Notes: generated from the letters alone by a model not told the origin. Counted from the first letter of the stretch, positions 38,493 through 48,067 are shown. The stretch is DNA of 64,000 nt from a virus (IMGVR_UViG_3300012936_000006:1-64000); one strand, 5' to 3'. A program made the numbers and translations.

Positions 38493-39113
38493 ATGAAAAA
38501 AAATGAAAAGGGAACTATCCTTAACGAGACAACTATCCGAAGATTTATGAAGCTGGCAAATATTGCGCCTCTTGCAGAAAATTACTTGGGGCAGTTTACT
38601 GAAGAAGACGAAGAGCCAGAAATGGAGGCGGGAGTCGAGTCCGAGATGGGTGGTGAACCCGATGCAGCCATGGGAGACATGGGAGACATGGGAGACATGG
38701 ACGCTGCACCCGCCGAAGGTGGAGCATCAGGCGTCTCACAAGAGGCAGTTGAAGAAATCGTACAAGCTATCGCCTCAGCAGTAGAAGAGGTTACCGGCAC
38801 ATCTGTTAGTGCTGAGCCAGCAGCCGATGCCGAAGCACCGGTAGATATGGGTGGCGAACCTGAAATGGACATGGGCGGTGATGAGCCTGATCCCGCTACC
38901 AGATATGAAGCTAAGCAATCTGATGACGAAGAAGAAGTCGAAGAGGGTAAAATGGCTTACAAGCGTGAAAAAGACGAAGAAGTCGAAGAGGGCAAGAAAG
39001 CTTACAAGCGTGAAGAAGACGAAGAAGACGACGAAGATAAGATGAAGAGCGAGCAGCTTATTAATCGTATCGCTAAAAAGGTTGTCGAACGACTTCAAAG
39101 AGAACTGAAGTAA
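38493..39113 (+). CDS. Acidic low-complexity protein, candidate prohead core/scaffold-type internal protein
   Basis: Late motif upstream; several LxE/VEE sites; helical termini flanking a disordered acidic middle. Confidence 0.6.
   Translation: MKKNEKGTILNETTIRRFMKLANIAPLAENYLGQFTEEDEEPEMEAGVESEMGGEPDAAMGDMGDMGDMDAAPAEGGASGVSQEAVEEIVQAIASAVEEVTGTSVSAEPAADAEAPVDMGGEPEMDMGGDEPDPATRYEAKQSDDEEEVEEGKMAYKREKDEEVEEGKKAYKREEDEEDDEDKMKSEQLINRIAKKVVERLQRELK
38670..38700 (+). repeat. (ATGGGAGAC)x3 in-frame tandem repeat
   Basis: Read directly; encodes MGD MGD MGD M. Confidence 0.9.
38931..39020 (+). repeat. 45-nt in-frame tandem duplication
   Basis: GAAGAAGTCGAAGAGGG..GCTTACAAGCGTGAA.AAGAC twice (EEVEEGK.AYKRE.D). 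Confidence 0.9.
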
Positions 39114-39135
39114 TTGCTTTACTCTCTCTGAGTAT

Positions 39136-39182
39136 AGGGGCATCGTTTCGATTTTCTATACGGGACGGTGCCTTATTTTTTG
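39136..39182 (+). terminator. Intrinsic terminator
   Basis: GGGCATCGTTTCG/CGGGACGGTGCCT stem followed by a T tract. Confidence 0.7.
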
Positions 39183-39195
39183 AAAGGCGGCAATT

Positions 39196-39687
39196 TTGGA
39201 AATATTTTTAGGATTTATTTTTGGCTACGTGGTCGGCAACATCTATTCCAGACTAGTTACCATGAAGCGAGAGAGGATGGCAGTAACCATGGCTCAAATT
39301 CAGGCTTTAAGGTTGTTTTCGCAAAGCGTGCTCCACTATGGGCATCTAAGACAGTGGCATGATAATGTCGCAATTGGTCTCGATGACATTAAGACAAGCG
39401 CACTTGAAAAAGCTGCTGAATCAGAATCATTATCCCTAAAAGAACTAGATGAACTGTCCCAGTTTTGGAACAGCAGCTATGAACAGGATCTAAAGTCGCT
39501 TTGGAACAACTTTGAGTACGATATGCGGGGGTTTAAAGAAACCTCAGTTTCGTTGATTCGAGAGTCGTTCACGGGTTATGGCGACCCACCTTATGAAACT
39601 TGGCAGCAGGCTATGCATTGGCTGGCAATGTTTGAGATGAAACTAAAACAGCAACAGAAATTGGAGGATGTAAAAGATGCAGAATGA
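39196..39687 (+). CDS. Hypothetical membrane-anchored protein
   Basis: N-terminal hydrophobic segment IFLGFIFGYVVG. Confidence 0.7.
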   Translation: MEIFLGFIFGYVVGNIYSRLVTMKRERMAVTMAQIQALRLFSQSVLHYGHLRQWHDNVAIGLDDIKTSALEKAAESESLSLKELDELSQFWNSSYEQDLKSLWNNFEYDMRGFKETSVSLIRESFTGYGDPPYETWQQAMHWLAMFEMKLKQQQKLEDVKDAE

Positions 39688-41038
39688 TGTTTTAATGCTT
39701 GAAGAGTTGAGAAAACTCGTCAGAAGTGAAATGGAGGCTGCGGAAAGACTGCGCCCTAGTTTCTTGCTAGAGAGCCCCGAGGCACTCGACGAAATCGGTG
39801 CAAAGAAAAATAAATATGCCATGAAAGCGGTGTTTCTTTTCGGTCCAGCAGGTGCAGGTAAGGGTTTTATTTCAAATGACTTTTTGGGGATTCCGACTCA
39901 AGAAAAGGGGGTCAAGAACGGTTTTTATACTTACAACCCAGACAACTTCATCGAAGATATTTTCCCAGCGTTTGGAATTCCACTGAAATTTGCTAATGCG
40001 GCAGAGGGTGATGATGCCTCTCTAGAAGATTTTCAGCAAAAGGTTCGTGAGCAAATTCAACAGTGGGCAAAGAACGAAGGTGTAATGAAGCTGATGGGAG
40101 CACAGCCGATTCTTTTTGACACTACTGGTGAAAAAGTAAAAAAGATGGTCGGGAGAATTAAAAAACTTACCAAGATGGGATACAAAGTAGGGGTTGCCCA
40201 GATCTATGTACCTAGAGAGATTTCAGTCTCTAGAGATCAAGGTCGAGAAAGGACAGTCGGCGCAAGTCGCACAGCAGACATTAACGACAAATATCGTGAT
40301 CAGGTGGTAAAAGCCAGAGGGTACTTTGAGTCACTGGGTGGTCTTGATGGTGTAGAAATTTTTGGCTCAGGTGTTTATCCCAACTTGTTTGAACTAGATC
40401 CAGAGTCAGGAACCGTTGGTCAGCCTCTCCCCGGCGTTACACAGGACATGTTAGATTCACTTGATATAGATCAGCAAAAGGCTCAGGCACTTTTGGATGA
40501 AATGAAAACTGATGCCGAGGCGTTTCTTAATTCACCCAGAACAAAAACAGGCGAGATGCTATATCAGGCACAGCGAAGAATGATTAAGCTGACAGGTAGC
40601 AAGGGCGGTCGTCACTTTGGTAGCCACAGTTTGGCAGATTTGGAAATGATTTATGCAGAAGCTTTTCAAGAAGAGTTCCCAGAAGCAGCTAGTGATCCAC
40701 TAATTAATCAGGCAGCTAAATATTTAGCATCTCTTGGTGGCGTGGAGAATGCGGCATCAACTAGTGGTGCTCTCCCCGGCGACAAGCCCGAGCTTGATGG
40801 CACCCTGCGCTCACAAGATTCTAAACATATGATTGATACAGACAAGACAAACCCTATCAAGGTTGGTCAAGAGTTTCCTAAGAATGTAAAAAAGGGCGAA
40901 TTTGGTCCCAATCCCCGTCAGGGACGAAACCCTGATAGCAAGGGTCGTGCCAAGGTCAGGGTCAGAGAGAGCTTCGAGGACAGCATCCGAGAGATTGTTA
41001 GAGAATCTGTCTTGAGAATAAAAAAGAATAATCTGTGA
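39677..41038 (+). CDS. Zeta-toxin/AAA_33-like P-loop kinase with helical leader and tail
   Basis: KAVFLFGPAGAGKG, NPD, ILFDTTG, GYKVGVAQIYVP..SVSRDQGRER. Confidence 0.8.
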   Translation: MQNDVLMLEELRKLVRSEMEAAERLRPSFLLESPEALDEIGAKKNKYAMKAVFLFGPAGAGKGFISNDFLGIPTQEKGVKNGFYTYNPDNFIEDIFPAFGIPLKFANAAEGDDASLEDFQQKVREQIQQWAKNEGVMKLMGAQPILFDTTGEKVKKMVGRIKKLTKMGYKVGVAQIYVPREISVSRDQGRERTVGASRTADINDKYRDQVVKARGYFESLGGLDGVEIFGSGVYPNLFELDPESGTVGQPLPGVTQDMLDSLDIDQQKAQALLDEMKTDAEAFLNSPRTKTGEMLYQAQRRMIKLTGSKGGRHFGSHSLADLEMIYAEAFQEEFPEAASDPLINQAAKYLASLGGVENAASTSGALPGDKPELDGTLRSQDSKHMIDTDKTNPIKVGQEFPKNVKKGEFGPNPRQGRNPDSKGRAKVRVRESFEDSIREIVRESVLRIKKNNL

Positions 41039-41409
41039 GCTTCGCCATGAACGAAGATACTGAATACATCATTAAAAGGGTGTTCGATAGCCTCGTAGAG
41101 AGATTCTTAGAACAAGAAGAGAATGTCGTTATTGTAGATCGCTTGTTTATGGCGAAGTCTATCGTGCGAGATGTTGTCGAAAAGAAATTTAGTGGCGAGT
41201 ATACTTCAGAAGCAGCCGCAAGAATATTAAAAATAGTTGAAAAATATTTAAGTGGAGATATTGATTTAATTCGTGAAGATGGCGAGATTAAAGTCAAATT
41301 GAACACTAATTATGATGAGGAGAGGCAAAAAGCCTTAGACTCGTTAAGGAAAGCTTACAGTAAAATGCTTGGGGAAATGATGCCACCGAGCGATAAAAAC
41401 AATGAATGA
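41035..41409 (+). CDS. Hypothetical protein
   Basis: Coupled ORF in operon; no family recognised. Confidence 0.7.
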   Translation: MSFAMNEDTEYIIKRVFDSLVERFLEQEENVVIVDRLFMAKSIVRDVVEKKFSGEYTSEAAARILKIVEKYLSGDIDLIREDGEIKVKLNTNYDEERQKALDSLRKAYSKMLGEMMPPSDKNNE

Positions 41410-41418
41410 GGTGTAAAA

Positions 41419-42156
41419 TTGGTTTTTGTAATTAATAGCGGCGATGAAGAGAAGAGTGAGTTGATTCCCGAGACTGGGGAAGAAAAGGAACCTGAAGGGG
41501 AAGAGCTGCCGCTCTCCGAAGAAGAGCTTGATAAGGTTCCACAAGTAATAGTGCTGTCGCCGCCATCATCGAGTGGTAGTGACGAAGACAAACCAAAAGT
41601 TAGAGCAATTGGGTTGATTGGCAATGTTGACGAAGATAGAGCTTCGGAGGTCATTTATGGCATGATGATCATGAAAAAGACCGCACAGAAGAAAGTTTTA
41701 GTTGACGAAGAAGATCCGTCTAAAGGTACCGAACTCACCTGCCAGCCTTTTGAACTGATTATTTCGACCTTTGGTGGCAGTGCGTTTGAAATGCTTGGCA
41801 TCTACGACATGATGAAGCAGGTTCGAGAAGACTGTGATATTAAAACATTGGGTATCGGCAAGGTGATGAGTGCCGGAGTTTTGCTTCTAGCTGCCGGAAC
41901 AAAAGGTCAACGCAGAATCGGTGCAAACTGTCGAGTAATGATTCATAGTGTTATCGGTGGTTCTCATGGTGCAATTCACGATCTTGAAAATGAAATGGAA
42001 GAAATTAAGTGGATGCAGGAAAGGTACATTAAGATTTTAGCGCAAGAAACTAAAATGACCGAAAGATATATCAAGGGTCTTTTGAAGAAAAAGATTAATG
42101 TTTATCTTGATGCAGAAAAGGCGGTCGAGTTAGGTATTGCTGATATTATTGTTTAA
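41419..42156 (+). CDS. clpP: ClpP-family serine protease subunit with acidic N-terminal extension
   Basis: ISTFGGS, GKVMSAG (Ser), VMIHS (His), YLDAEKAVELGIADII. Confidence 0.9.
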   Translation: MVFVINSGDEEKSELIPETGEEKEPEGEELPLSEEELDKVPQVIVLSPPSSSGSDEDKPKVRAIGLIGNVDEDRASEVIYGMMIMKKTAQKKVLVDEEDPSKGTELTCQPFELIISTFGGSAFEMLGIYDMMKQVREDCDIKTLGIGKVMSAGVLLLAAGTKGQRRIGANCRVMIHSVIGGSHGAIHDLENEMEEIKWMQERYIKILAQETKMTERYIKGLLKKKINVYLDAEKAVELGIADIIV

Positions 42157-42171
42157 GTTTGGAGAGAGAAG

Positions 42172-43080
42172 ATGAGTGTAGTCGATAAATATTTTTACAA
42201 CCAAGCAAGCGCACAGAAGCTGGGCTGGGAGCCGTCTTGGTTTGGAGCAGAGAATTTTGAAGACGATTTAATTAAAAAGATCAGAGCATTCCAGAGAAAG
42301 TTGGGAGTTACTCCTGACGGTCTTTGCGGTCCAGCAACATTTAGAAGAATTTTTACTGAAAGACAGTCAAACACTTCTTTAATTATTCCGAAGGTACAGT
42401 CAAAAACTAATAATTATATTATTTGCAACAGCAAGAAGATTCCAATCAACTGGGATAAAGTTGTTCTTTGGGATGAGCCCGGTGGTTTGATTTGTGAAGA
42501 TGATACATATTCATCCTATGCGGGGAAGCCAGAGCGAAAGGTTACAATGTTTGTTAATCACTGGGATGTTTGTTTATCATCCGAGTCTTGCGCTCGTGTA
42601 ATTAAAAATCGTGGCATCAGCGTTCACTTTATGGTTGACAACGACGGCACAATCTATCAGGCTATGGATACACAACATGCGGCTTGGCAAGCTGGAAATA
42701 GAACTGTCAACCATACGTCAGTTGGTGTTGAGATTGCCAACGCTTACTACCAGAAGTATCAGAACTGGTACAAGAAAAATGGTTTTGGTCCACGACCATT
42801 GTGGAAAGACGTGGAGGTTCACGGCAGAAAACTTAAACCGTTTCTCGGATTTTATGATGTTCAGATGGAAGCAACAGCGGCAATCTGGAAAGCCATTCAT
42901 GATGCATACGGTATGCCGCTCGAATGCCCCAGAGGTTCCGATGGTAAGATGCTTACAACAGTAGATCCAAAAGTCCCATCGGGCGACTTCGAGGGTGTTG
43001 TACACCACTTTCATGTAACCAAAAGAAAGATAGATGCAGGTGGGTTTCCTATTGATGAATACTTGGAGAAGATAAAGTGA
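42172..43080 (+). CDS. N-acetylmuramoyl-L-alanine amidase (Amidase_2) with peptidoglycan-binding domain; endolysin candidate
   Basis: IRAFQRKLGVTPDGLCGPAT; VNHW, SVHFMVD.DGTIYQ, AWQAG, SVGVEI, VHHFH..KID. Confidence 0.9.
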   Translation: MSVVDKYFYNQASAQKLGWEPSWFGAENFEDDLIKKIRAFQRKLGVTPDGLCGPATFRRIFTERQSNTSLIIPKVQSKTNNYIICNSKKIPINWDKVVLWDEPGGLICEDDTYSSYAGKPERKVTMFVNHWDVCLSSESCARVIKNRGISVHFMVDNDGTIYQAMDTQHAAWQAGNRTVNHTSVGVEIANAYYQKYQNWYKKNGFGPRPLWKDVEVHGRKLKPFLGFYDVQMEATAAIWKAIHDAYGMPLECPRGSDGKMLTTVDPKVPSGDFEGVVHHFHVTKRKIDAGGFPIDEYLEKIK

Positions 43081-44846
43081 GTTTAGAGGAACAAGTGGCA
43101 AAACACTTCGAACAAAGACTTGAGTGGTCTGAGCTGAAAAGCATGATCGCTGAAGCTCTCCAAGAGGAAAAAGAGAAAGTAATCGCAGAGGGGAGCAAGC
43201 CCGGTGGAGTTGATCTTGAGCAAGCGGTCGTTGATGCGATCAATGGAAAACAGCCAAAGCACTTTCTTCAATTCGTGAGCAACCTTAAATATTCAAAACA
43301 TCAGTTTACAAGCGCAGACAAGTTAGATGTTGGCACACCTTCCGAAGACTGGCTTTCGTGGGGCGGTAGAGACAACACCTCAAAAGCCGATATTGTAATC
43401 GACGGCAACGGTGTCTCAATGAAGATGGGCGCATCGGCTATGCTATTTGGTTTTGGTCCCGGTGATGCCGGGGCGTGCATGGCTGCTGCTCTTAGTTCGC
43501 TACCCAATGAGCAGTTCACCCAGAGTGGCGAAGTAAAGCAACTTCTGTCGGCATTGCGCTCAATGGGCTCTGCTATCGGTAGAGCACCTCTGTCAACATT
43601 GAAGAAAGCACGAGAGCTTTCTAGAACTGATGACCAATTCAGTTCAGCAGGAACAGCCGATGACGCCTTAACACAGGCGGCGGGTAATGTTGGCTATGAT
43701 TACAGTCCTGAAGCTAGGGCTGAATTATCTAAACAGGTTCAAAAGGCAAAAGATGCAGATAAGAAAGCTCTCGATAAGATCAGAGGATACATCAAAAAAG
43801 GTGTTTTTTCTGTCGATGGAGAAACGGGGGAGCAGGCAGCAAACAACTACAAACTCGGTGATGAGCTTGAGGCAACCGGGGAACTTACAAAAGATCAGGA
43901 AAAATTTCAAAAATATAAAGTAAAGCACGATTCGATCAAGTCACAAGGCAAAGAAAATATGAGCAAAATTCAGACAATTGAGCAACTAATTGAACATGCA
44001 GAAGAGATCGAAAAATTAGAGCAAGCGGTACAAAATATTGAAGAATTGTCGATGAAGGTGATGAGTGTTCAGACCAACCCAGAACTACGACTTGCTTACT
44101 TTACTGAGGCTTTGACCGGTCGTAGAAAGTTTGGTGAAGGCTCGAAAAATGTCGCTACTCACGCATTTATTACACAAGAAGATTCTTATTTTTCAAACAT
44201 CGTACAGGGCGAAGGCAGCAATATTGACAACTTTTTTGTTTATCAGCCCCTCGATGATGCTAATATTAAAAAGATTATGAACGCTGCAAATTTTCGTGGA
44301 AAGTTTCGTTCAGATGGAATTAAGAAAAAGGTCAGAGGATCGAATAAGAGGACAGGCTTTAACCTATTCAGATCTAGTATCATTGCGGAGATTAAATCTT
44401 CTACAGAGGGTGGCAAGAAATACCTAGATCAGTTTCGAGGAATGATGAAAGAGGCGTTATCCGAAGGGATTATTACTCACGATCAGCACGACAACCTTAT
44501 CACTGAAGGTTTTTTTGGCGATATGGCATCATCTGCGATTGACGGTATCAAAAATATAGCCAGTTCTGCCGCAGAAAAAGGCGGTGAAGTATTGTCCAAG
44601 TGGACTAAGAAAATTAAAGAAGCCTTTTCGGGCATGGTTGACTGGTTTCAGGAAATGTATAAGCGGGTTTCAGATGCTGTCAAAAAAATGTTGCTTGGTT
44701 TTAAAGAGGCGATTAGCGGAGGTATGGAATCTTTCGTCGAGTTCATGGGGCTAACAACCCCAGAGTTGCTAGAAGAGTTTGATCCGGGCGGTGATGCCAA
44801 CGGTGATGAGCGTTCAGGCGCATTTTTAACTTTATTTTCTTCTTAA
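43077..44846 (+). CDS. Hypothetical protein with PD-(D/E)xK-like nuclease motif and xxE-delimited segments
   Basis: GVDLEQAV...TSKADIVIDGNGVSMKMG; leader ELKSMIAEAL; C-terminal LITEGFFGD amphipathic module. Confidence 0.55.
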   Translation: MSLEEQVAKHFEQRLEWSELKSMIAEALQEEKEKVIAEGSKPGGVDLEQAVVDAINGKQPKHFLQFVSNLKYSKHQFTSADKLDVGTPSEDWLSWGGRDNTSKADIVIDGNGVSMKMGASAMLFGFGPGDAGACMAAALSSLPNEQFTQSGEVKQLLSALRSMGSAIGRAPLSTLKKARELSRTDDQFSSAGTADDALTQAAGNVGYDYSPEARAELSKQVQKAKDADKKALDKIRGYIKKGVFSVDGETGEQAANNYKLGDELEATGELTKDQEKFQKYKVKHDSIKSQGKENMSKIQTIEQLIEHAEEIEKLEQAVQNIEELSMKVMSVQTNPELRLAYFTEALTGRRKFGEGSKNVATHAFITQEDSYFSNIVQGEGSNIDNFFVYQPLDDANIKKIMNAANFRGKFRSDGIKKKVRGSNKRTGFNLFRSSIIAEIKSSTEGGKKYLDQFRGMMKEALSEGIITHDQHDNLITEGFFGDMASSAIDGIKNIASSAAEKGGEVLSKWTKKIKEAFSGMVDWFQEMYKRVSDAVKKMLLGFKEAISGGMESFVEFMGLTTPELLEEFDPGGDANGDERSGAFLTLFSS

Positions 44847-44871
44847 CAAAATATATAAACAAAGCTATAAT
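44843..44871 (+). promoter_or_regulatory. sigma70-type promoter for groEL
   Basis: TTAACA-17 nt-TATAAT. Confidence 0.65.
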
Positions 44872-44896
44872 AATAAATAACCATATTGGAGGTAAC

Positions 44897-46471
44897 GTGA
44901 GCAAGGTTTATAATAGTCACTCATCACTGAATGAGAAAATCCTAACAGGTGTTAACACACTAGCCGACAACGTAGCGGCAACCCTTGGACCCAAGGGCAG
45001 AAACGTAATTTTAAAAACTAAAGACGGCAATCCGGTCATTACCAAGGACGGTGTGACAGTTGCAAAGTTTGTAGAGCTATCTGATCCTTTTGAAAATCTT
45101 GGAGCGCAGGTAATTAAGCAGGCTTCTCAGGTCACTAATACCAATGCTGGCGACGGCACTACCACTGCGACCGTATTGGCAAGGGAGATCGTTACACAGG
45201 CACAAAAATATATTGCTGCTGGCTCATCCCCGGTAGAGATTAAGAGAGGTATGGATGAGGCAACAGAGGTTGTCATCGATACACTAGCTGAAATGGCAAC
45301 ACCCATTAGGAGCGAGGCAGAGGTGGCTAATGTGGCTACCATTTCAGCTAATGGCGACGAGAAGATTGGAAAGTTAATTGCAATGGCTATCGATCAGGCA
45401 GGAAAAGATGGAGGGATCTCCATCGAGTCTGGTAAGTCCATGCACACTACTCTAGATTTGGTAGAGGGTTTTCGATTTGACTCTGGATACATTTCATCCT
45501 CCTTTGTGACAGACCAGCGACTAGCAAAGATGAGATACAGCGATCCTTATATCTTGGTTGCTGACACAAATATTTCTGCCGTAGAGCAGTTGCTGCCCAC
45601 ACTAGAGCAGGTAGCCAGAGAGGGCAAACCACTGGTTATCGTAGCTGAGAACGTGGAGGGACAGGCACTAGCGGCACTAATCATGAACACTGTCCGTGGA
45701 AACATGAAGGTTGCAGCGGTCAAGGCTCCGATGTATGGAGAAGAGCGAAGAAATATTCTCCGTGACTTGGCACTCAGCACAGGCGCAACTTTCGTATCAA
45801 GAGAGACCGGCTTAGCACTTGAAGATGTGAAGCTAGAACACTTGGGTATTGCAAAAACTATTGAAAGCACACGAGGCTCCACAGTTGTTATTGATGGTGC
45901 TGGCACTGCGAGCGAGGTTGATGAGAAGATTGAACTTCTAAAGGCAGAAGTCCAGACAATTAAAGATCTTCATGAGGCAGAGAAGATTCAAGAAAGAATT
46001 ACGAGGCTCGCAAGTGGTGTCGCCATCATTCGAGTAGGCGGTACAACTGAGGTAGAGATGATCGAAACAAAGCACAGAATTGAAGATGCCTTATCCGCAG
46101 TTAAGTCTGCACAGGAGCAAGGCGTTGTAGCTGGTGGAGGTGTCGCACTACTGAGGGCATCTGTCGCACTTGCAGACTGCCAGTGTTCAAATCCTGATAG
46201 GCAAGCTGGAATTGAAATTATTAAACAGGCTCTTTGTGGTCCGATCAAACAGATGTGTTTGAACTCAGGAGAATCACCAGATCTTGTTATCGCTAGCGTC
46301 TGCGAGGCTGATACTGATGTGGGTTTTAATTTTGCAACAGGTCAGTTAGAGAATCTAATAAGCTCGGGAGTAATCGATCCAGCTAAGGTTACAAAAAATG
46401 CATTGCAAAATGCTGTTTCTGCTGCTGGAACTCTGTTGACGACAAATCATGCAATTGTGGAAGTGGATTAA
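44897..46471 (+). CDS. groEL: Chaperonin GroEL
   Basis: TLGPKGRNV, ITKDGVTVA, AGDGTTTATVLA, GFRFDSGYIS, GVVAGGGVALL, VIDPAKV; no GGM tail. Confidence 0.97.
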   Translation: MSKVYNSHSSLNEKILTGVNTLADNVAATLGPKGRNVILKTKDGNPVITKDGVTVAKFVELSDPFENLGAQVIKQASQVTNTNAGDGTTTATVLAREIVTQAQKYIAAGSSPVEIKRGMDEATEVVIDTLAEMATPIRSEAEVANVATISANGDEKIGKLIAMAIDQAGKDGGISIESGKSMHTTLDLVEGFRFDSGYISSSFVTDQRLAKMRYSDPYILVADTNISAVEQLLPTLEQVAREGKPLVIVAENVEGQALAALIMNTVRGNMKVAAVKAPMYGEERRNILRDLALSTGATFVSRETGLALEDVKLEHLGIAKTIESTRGSTVVIDGAGTASEVDEKIELLKAEVQTIKDLHEAEKIQERITRLASGVAIIRVGGTTEVEMIETKHRIEDALSAVKSAQEQGVVAGGGVALLRASVALADCQCSNPDRQAGIEIIKQALCGPIKQMCLNSGESPDLVIASVCEADTDVGFNFATGQLENLISSGVIDPAKVTKNALQNAVSAAGTLLTTNHAIVEVD

Positions 46472-46514
46472 GCATCTCAGCAACTACTTATAAGTGACTC
46501 GGGAGGGCTTCATC

Positions 46515-46913
46515 ATGTCTGAACAACTAGAAAAAGCATTAGAAAATATAATTTCTCAGATGGAAACGATTGAGAAAAAGTTTGATGAGAAACATAAACT
46601 GGTGGCAGAGCATCCATCACAAAATGGTGGATGGAAGCGACTAGAGAATGCGCTACAAAGAATCGAAGCGCAAGTTACGGCTATCGATATTTCTCTCAAC
46701 GATCCAAACACAGGTGCTATCGCAAAATTAAATGATCAGATTGCATGGAGAGGTCGAGTTGACCCAATCTTAGATGCCAACAGAAAGCAAGATGAAAGAA
46801 TTTTAAAACTAGAAATGCAGCTTGCTCTGTATAATAAGTTGACATGGGCTCTTGGTCTTGGTACAATAGGCTTGATAGTAAAATCCCTAATGGGTTTGAT
46901 CATCACGCCATAA
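46515..46913 (+). CDS. Coiled-coil protein with a single C-terminal TM helix (holin-like candidate)
   Basis: Late-like ACTACTTAT at 46483; GGAGG SD; C-terminal LTWALGLGTIGLIVKSLMGLII. Confidence 0.65.
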   Translation: MSEQLEKALENIISQMETIEKKFDEKHKLVAEHPSQNGGWKRLENALQRIEAQVTAIDISLNDPNTGAIAKLNDQIAWRGRVDPILDANRKQDERILKLEMQLALYNKLTWALGLGTIGLIVKSLMGLIITP

Positions 46914-46942
46914 AAAAAATCAAAAAAACTTTAAAGAAATGC

Positions 46943-46971
46943 TTGACATTACCATCACTCTTTGCTATATT
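46943..46971 (+). promoter_or_regulatory. sigma70-type early promoter
   Basis: A-tract, then TTGACA-17 nt-TATATT. Confidence 0.85.
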
Positions 46972-46999
46972 GTATATGTGATTGAGAGAGAGGATATTT

Positions 47000-47140
47000 C
47001 GCCCGTGGGGGCTGTAGACCAGAGCGAACAGTTGGTAAGTCTTACGAGCAATAAAGCTGTTCCGTGGTTGCGTAAGCGTGAGTGTGATACTCAGGGCAGG
47101 CTACAGCCAGTTGAGGGAAGTTGGGAACCCTTGGCATTTA
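47000..47140 (+). ncRNA. Candidate structured RNA between two promoters
   Basis: GGCTGTAG/CTACAGCC closing stem, GAACAG/CTGTTC, TGAGT/ACTCA, and pseudoknot-capable CTTACG/CGTAAG. Confidence 0.5.
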
Positions 47141-47165
47141 TTTTAAAACTTTTTAAAGAAATACC

Positions 47166-47194
47166 TTGACAAACTGTTGCGACAGTGCTATATT
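47166..47194 (+). promoter_or_regulatory. sigma70-type early promoter
   Basis: TTGACA-17 nt-TATATT; upstream sequence nearly duplicates that of the 46943 promoter; ACTGT/ACAGT inverted repeat in the spacer. Confidence 0.85.
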
Positions 47195-47224
47195 ATATAT
47201 GTACTGATGATGAGAGGTTACTAA

Positions 47225-48010
47225 ATGGGTTTGCGTCAACGTCTTGAAAATCTGGTTTCCAACCCCTTGGTGGTTGATTCACCTGATTATAACTTTGCCA
47301 AAAGTTTGCTTGAACACTACAACAGGAAAGGTAGCCTAACAACAGGTCGCCGCCCTTGGCTAGATCGTCTGGAAGAAAAATACAACCCAGAGACTTATGT
47401 AAACCCGCTCGCTGGCAACCCGACTGCTGAAAAACTCACAGCATTGCTTGGTCGTGTCGATGTTTCTGAGCGTGATAAGAACTTTCTTACCTCTCTTAAA
47501 AGCAACTTGGCTCGATACGGTTCGCTCACAGAGCGTCAACTGAATGCCCTTGAACGCATAGCTGAGCGTTATTCTGATGAGGGTCAGGCTCGTATTGCTG
47601 AGTGGGCTGAGACTTACCGCAGTCGTCGTGATGAGGCTGTCATTGCTGCCAACTATTACTTGAGCAATCCACCTTACTACGGTGAATTGGCTTTGAAGAT
47701 TACTAGCGATCCTGACTTTGTTCCCACTGAGCGTCAGTTCAATGCCATTACTCAGAACAAGTATGCTCAAAAGGTTATTGCTGCTACCTTGTCTGAGCCG
47801 CTATACCCAGAGGGTATGTTGATTGAGGGGCGTGCTTCGGGTAGGCTCATGATTCGTGGCAAGAAAGCTTTCGTCATGAAAGTAAATCATGGTCATGTTG
47901 TCAACGCTGCAAAAGGCACTAAGCGTTACTTGGTGCTTCCAATCGGTGCGCCTACTCCGATTGTGGTTGAAGAGCGTGAAATCAAGAAAGTTAAGAAGTT
48001 AAAAAAGTAG
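47225..48010 (+). CDS. Early hypothetical protein with internal helical repeats
   Basis: F..SL.....R.GSLT motif twice, plus a third partial copy PTERQFNAI; has its own promoter and terminator. Confidence 0.85.
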   Translation: MGLRQRLENLVSNPLVVDSPDYNFAKSLLEHYNRKGSLTTGRRPWLDRLEEKYNPETYVNPLAGNPTAEKLTALLGRVDVSERDKNFLTSLKSNLARYGSLTERQLNALERIAERYSDEGQARIAEWAETYRSRRDEAVIAANYYLSNPPYYGELALKITSDPDFVPTERQFNAITQNKYAQKVIAATLSEPLYPEGMLIEGRASGRLMIRGKKAFVMKVNHGHVVNAAKGTKRYLVLPIGAPTPIVVEEREIKKVKKLKK

Positions 48011-48019
48011 GTTTTTAAA

Positions 48020-48050
48020 ATGCGGAGGGCTTGCGCTCTCTGCATATTTG
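48020..48050 (+). terminator. Terminator-like hairpin
   Basis: ATGCGGAGGGC/GCTCTCTGCAT stem. Confidence 0.6.
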
Positions 48051-48067
48051 TATATGGAGTAATAATA

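Noticed and set aside
47007-47022. GGGGCTGTAGACCAG resembling a tRNA-Ala or tmRNA 5' end
   Set aside because: No T-arm GTTCGA, no cloverleaf and no CCA end; no tRNA gene is supported anywhere in the window.
46939-47169. 76-aa ORF in the track
   Set aside because: Its start codon lies upstream of the -35 box, so it cannot be on that transcript; only the shorter GTG ORF remains possible.
47204-47210. CTGATGA hammerhead core motif
   Set aside because: No partner GAAA or flanking stems; it is simply a 5' UTR.
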